DNA of 63,060 nucleotides from Nanobdellati archaeon (GTDB lineage Archaea; Nanobdellota; Nanobdellia; Woesearchaeales; GCA-2686295): NCBI GenBank assembly GCA_014384375.1, contig JACNFY010000017.1, positions 1 to 63,060 of the forward strand, read 5' to 3'. Shown piece by piece: positions 60,030 to 63,060 of this stretch (position 1 is its first letter; each line of letters starts with the position of its first letter). The notes under the pieces were generated by a model. It saw only the letters and a program-made list of their open reading frames with translations, ran no database searches and was not told where the DNA came from. The position numbers and the translations under genes were made by a program.

Positions 60030-60374
60030 ATGAAAAAAATAACTAAATTTTGGAGAAGACTAAGCTATTGGCAAAAGGGAGGAATTATAGGGTTTTTAAT
60101 TCCAATTTGTTTGTTAGTGATTGGTTTCTTATTAAACCACTTACTTTTTTTTAAAGATAATTCTATAAACCTACTTATAGTTGATATATTCTACTTCCCT
60201 ATGGGATTATTCTCATATTTTTTTGATTTATTTGTTAAGAAAGGAGTTATAGAATGTCAGAGTGAGGCATGTGCATTGGGAGGTTACCATATGTTAATTG
60301 GATTATTTGCTCCAATTATTTATGCTCTAATTGGCATTGGTATTGGTTTATTCATTCAAAGATACAATAAATAA
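60030..60374 (+). CDS. Small membrane protein, array family member 4
   Basis: WRRLSYWQKGGIIG, C-x4-C (CQSEAC), GIGIG. Confidence 0.75.
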   Translation: MKKITKFWRRLSYWQKGGIIGFLIPICLLVIGFLLNHLLFFKDNSINLLIVDIFYFPMGLFSYFFDLFVKKGVIECQSEACALGGYHMLIGLFAPIIYALIGIGIGLFIQRYNK

Positions 60375-60377
60375 AAA

Positions 60378-63060
60378 ATGTTTAAGAAAGAGATTTGTTC
60401 CATCGGACTGATTATGTTTCTTCTAGCCATAACTCCTGTGTATGCAAGAATACATACTGATGCACCGGTTGGATCAGAATTGGATTATTTAATTCCAGAA
60501 TGGGACAGACTTCCGTTTAAGGACCAGAGATATAACGCAAGTTGGATTGATTATGTAAATTCGGCTTATGGTGTTAATTGGGAGAAGCCATCAAATCCAA
60601 GAGTACCAAAGTGCCTAAGCTATGGTGCGGCAACAGTTAATGATTGGGTAAAATTAACCACAGGTATGACCTTAGGAACTTACTCAAATTTTGTAAACAA
60701 TCGAACTGAAAATGGGACAAATCCACGGCTGCTCGAATCAATCTATCATGATTCTTCTCCTTCTATATGTTTTATAGTACCAACTCTCACGTATTGCTAT
60801 GCTGCATTTTATAGAGATAGCGTGACAGGTGAAAGAGTACCTTTTAACACAAAAGGTTATGCTGATTTGTTAACTAATCCTCCTTCAGATTGGTTATACG
60901 AACCAGACCCGATAATATCAGAAATTAATTATGATGTAATGAATGGTGATCTTTTAGATGGATATGAATTCATACCAATAGATACAAACGCCGAAAGTTT
61001 GAAAGAAGCAATTAGAAAATATGGGATTATTTATGCACACATGACCTTTTTAGAAATTCCAGAATTTTTCTTTCCTCTTCACGCTATTACTCTTATTGGA
61101 TATAATGATACGGATTCTTCTACAGATTTTTGGGCTCATGATAGTTATGATGGAGAGGATTTCAGTAATTTTTCTAGGTATAGTATTGTTGACCAATCAG
61201 AAATTGACACTGCGTGGGCATTTTTTGATCCTCAGTGGCCTACCTATAGACATGACAATCGAAGAACTGGCTCTACTACTTTCAAAGGTGACTTATCCAA
61301 CGAAACAAGCCCTGATGACTTCACTTTTCCTGGTGATGGTCAGACTGATGGCTTGGATCATCCGGCTTTCGCTGACTTGGATGGTGATGGCAAACAAGAA
61401 ATTATTGTGGGCACTAAAAACAGTGTTTATATTAATAATGCTTCAGAGAACAGAGGCAGGGTTTTCGCCTTGTATTCTGATGGAAGTGGATTTGACGATG
61501 ATTGGACTACTACTGAGGGTGAGACTGATGTTGGTTTGTATCTGCCTGTTATTGGCACTCCGACAATAACTGATATTAATAATAATGGTGATAAAGAGAT
61601 AGTGTTTGGGGATATATATGGTCGTTTCTGGGTTCTAAACAGTCAGGGTGCTCCTGTATTAGAGTACCCGTATTATATCCATCCAAGAGAGAAGGATAAT
61701 TCCACGAGAATCACAAGATGGGCTGTTGAGGATATTGATTTGGATGGTGTTAAAGAGTTGTTGTTTGTTGAACGCTCGAATAATTTTTCTTCTTTAGCTG
61801 GTTTCGATGCAAAGATATACGCTTATAATCTTTCTGGGGATGAATTAGTTGAGGAGTGGTCTGCTCCTTTAGGAACTGCTTATGCTTATGGTACTGGTAG
61901 TAGTAATGGTGATCCTGCTATTGCTGATTTAAACAATAATGGTTCTATGGAGATTCTTGTTGGTACTGTCTATGACGGTATAAGAATGTATAATGGTGGT
62001 AGTGGCAGTTTGATAACTAGTTTTAATTTTAATAGTGCTGCTGGTCCTGTCACTATTGCTGATATTGACAGGGATAACAAGTATGAATTTATTTTCAACA
62101 CTAATTGTGTTACTGGAGCTTCCTGCAGCACCATTCCTAGTTTCAATGCTACTTTTGTTTTCAGTGGTGAGGATAACACTCAAGAATGGAATACTACAAC
62201 TTCGAGTAATTGGTGGCCTTATGGTCCTGTAGCTGTTGCTGATTTGGTAGGTGATTCAAAATTAGAAGTGGTTGTTGCTTTGAATAAAAATTGGAACCCT
62301 ACTGATGGTAAGATTGTAATACTTAATAGTTCTGATGGAAATGAGCTTTACAGCTTTACTGAAAGCGGCTCTCTAGACACAATTCAGAGCGCTGTAATCG
62401 CTGCCGACATTGATCAGAGTTCTTCTGGTAAAGAAATATTGTTTATGACTGAAGATGGGTATTTATATGTTTTAAGCAATACTGCTCAACTGCTTTGGAA
62501 AAAGTTTATTTCAGCCACTCCAACAAATGGTCCTATTGTTGGCGACTTTGATGGTGATGGCAGTGCAGAAGTTATACTCTCTCATAAAGGGTCAATTGAA
62601 GGAAGTTCTTTCTCTGCTGAAGAGCTTGAAATGTTCAATAAATGGAAGGTTTTGCATAAATATGTAGATGTCTATGGCAAAGGAATATTGGAGGAGAATG
62701 GCATTGACCTTTCTGCTTCTATTTTCAAAGCACATTCAATATCAGGAACCTCTATTGAAATCATCGACGGCCTAAACCATCAACCAATACTTAACAACCT
62801 AGACGACATCATAACAATCGAAGGAAATCTTGTTCAAATTAACGCTCAAGCAACTGATGAAGATGGCGACAATATAACTTATTATTACAGCTCTCCGATT
62901 AATTCTTCTGGTGTTTGGGAAACAACTCATGGCAACAGTACAGGAACTTATGAGATTTTAATAACATCGAGTGATGGAAACCTTTCAGATTACCAGCTTA
63001 TAACCTTAACTATGCGAAAGAAAGTGTATAGCGAAGTGACATATGTCACTAGTTGCTTTT
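60378..63060 (+). CDS. Secreted papain-fold head + extended FG-GAP beta-propeller + Ig/cadherin-like domain; runs off the window end
   Basis: Absent from ORF track because no stop is reached. MFKKEICSIG signal peptide, KCLSYGAA, HAITLIGY, WAHDSY, WPTYRHDNRRTG, many FG-GAP repeats, NHQP...ATDEDGD...SDG; frame checked at start, middle and end. Confidence 0.85.
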   Translation, partial: MFKKEICSIGLIMFLLAITPVYARIHTDAPVGSELDYLIPEWDRLPFKDQRYNASWIDYVNSAYGVNWEKPSNPRVPKCLSYGAATVNDWVKLTTGMTLGTYSNFVNNRTENGTNPRLLESIYHDSSPSICFIVPTLTYCYAAFYRDSVTGERVPFNTKGYADLLTNPPSDWLYEPDPIISEINYDVMNGDLLDGYEFIPIDTNAESLKEAIRKYGIIYAHMTFLEIPEFFFPLHAITLIGYNDTDSSTDFWAHDSYDGEDFSNFSRYSIVDQSEIDTAWAFFDPQWPTYRHDNRRTGSTTFKGDLSNETSPDDFTFPGDGQTDGLDHPAFADLDGDGKQEIIVGTKNSVYINNASENRGRVFALYSDGSGFDDDWTTTEGETDVGLYLPVIGTPTITDINNNGDKEIVFGDIYGRFWVLNSQGAPVLEYPYYIHPREKDNSTRITRWAVEDIDLDGVKELLFVERSNNFSSLAGFDAKIYAYNLSGDELVEEWSAPLGTAYAYGTGSSNGDPAIADLNNNGSMEILVGTVYDGIRMYNGGSGSLITSFNFNSAAGPVTIADIDRDNKYEFIFNTNCVTGASCSTIPSFNATFVFSGEDNTQEWNTTTSSNWWPYGPVAVADLVGDSKLEVVVALNKNWNPTDGKIVILNSSDGNELYSFTESGSLDTIQSAVIAADIDQSSSGKEILFMTEDGYLYVLSNTAQLLWKKFISATPTNGPIVGDFDGDGSAEVILSHKGSIEGSSFSAEELEMFNKWKVLHKYVDVYGKGILEENGIDLSASIFKAHSISGTSIEIIDGLNHQPILNNLDDIITIEGNLVQINAQATDEDGDNITYYYSSPINSSGVWETTHGNSTGTYEILITSSDGNLSDYQLITLTMRKKVYSEVTYVTSCF

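Noticed and set aside
59225-61390. Diversity-generating retroelement TR/VR pair
   Set aside because: Both copies are coding, too few mismatches to show adenine-specific bias, and no reverse transcriptase in the window
395-62232. Numerous 60-170 aa antisense or alternate-frame ORFs in the track (e.g. 395-637, 10756-11049, 20795-21271, 34593-35102, 53203-53517, 61096-61569)
   Set aside because: They overlap well-supported genes and show no motifs; treated as shadow ORFs

Overview
AT-rich archaeal chromosomal window. The information genes (rpl37ae, rpoP, pcc1, pfdB, EF-1beta, aIF5B, trm1) are archaeal, and the gene context looks like a DPANN/Woesearchaeota-type genome (inference). Contents in order: a 2409-aa Ig-like surface glycoprotein preceded by an unannotated small HTH gene; housekeeping genes; an adjacent pair forming a split, divergent RelA/SpoT homologue (HD protein plus synthetase-like protein); a HerA-like ATPase followed by a ~270-nt structured candidate ncRNA and an EamA gene flanked by 22-bp direct repeats; icd and aconitase; a CARF-wHTH-led thiol/metal operon with a circularly permuted CcdA and two divergent Cys-rich micro-ORFs; an 11-gene de novo purine cluster (split purH, class II-like purE, no purF); an AsnB-Dph6 fusion; and, at the right end, a subtilisin followed by a cassette array. 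In that array, variable N-terminal secreted enzyme heads (Zn-PLC/S1-P1-like, papain-like) join a shared FG-GAP propeller tail that is truncated in all but the last copy, and each head is preceded by small related membrane proteins. This looks like an inverted polymorphic effector/immunity array. No rRNA, tRNA, CRISPR array, integrase or transposase was recognised. All calls are from motif reading only; no searches were run.
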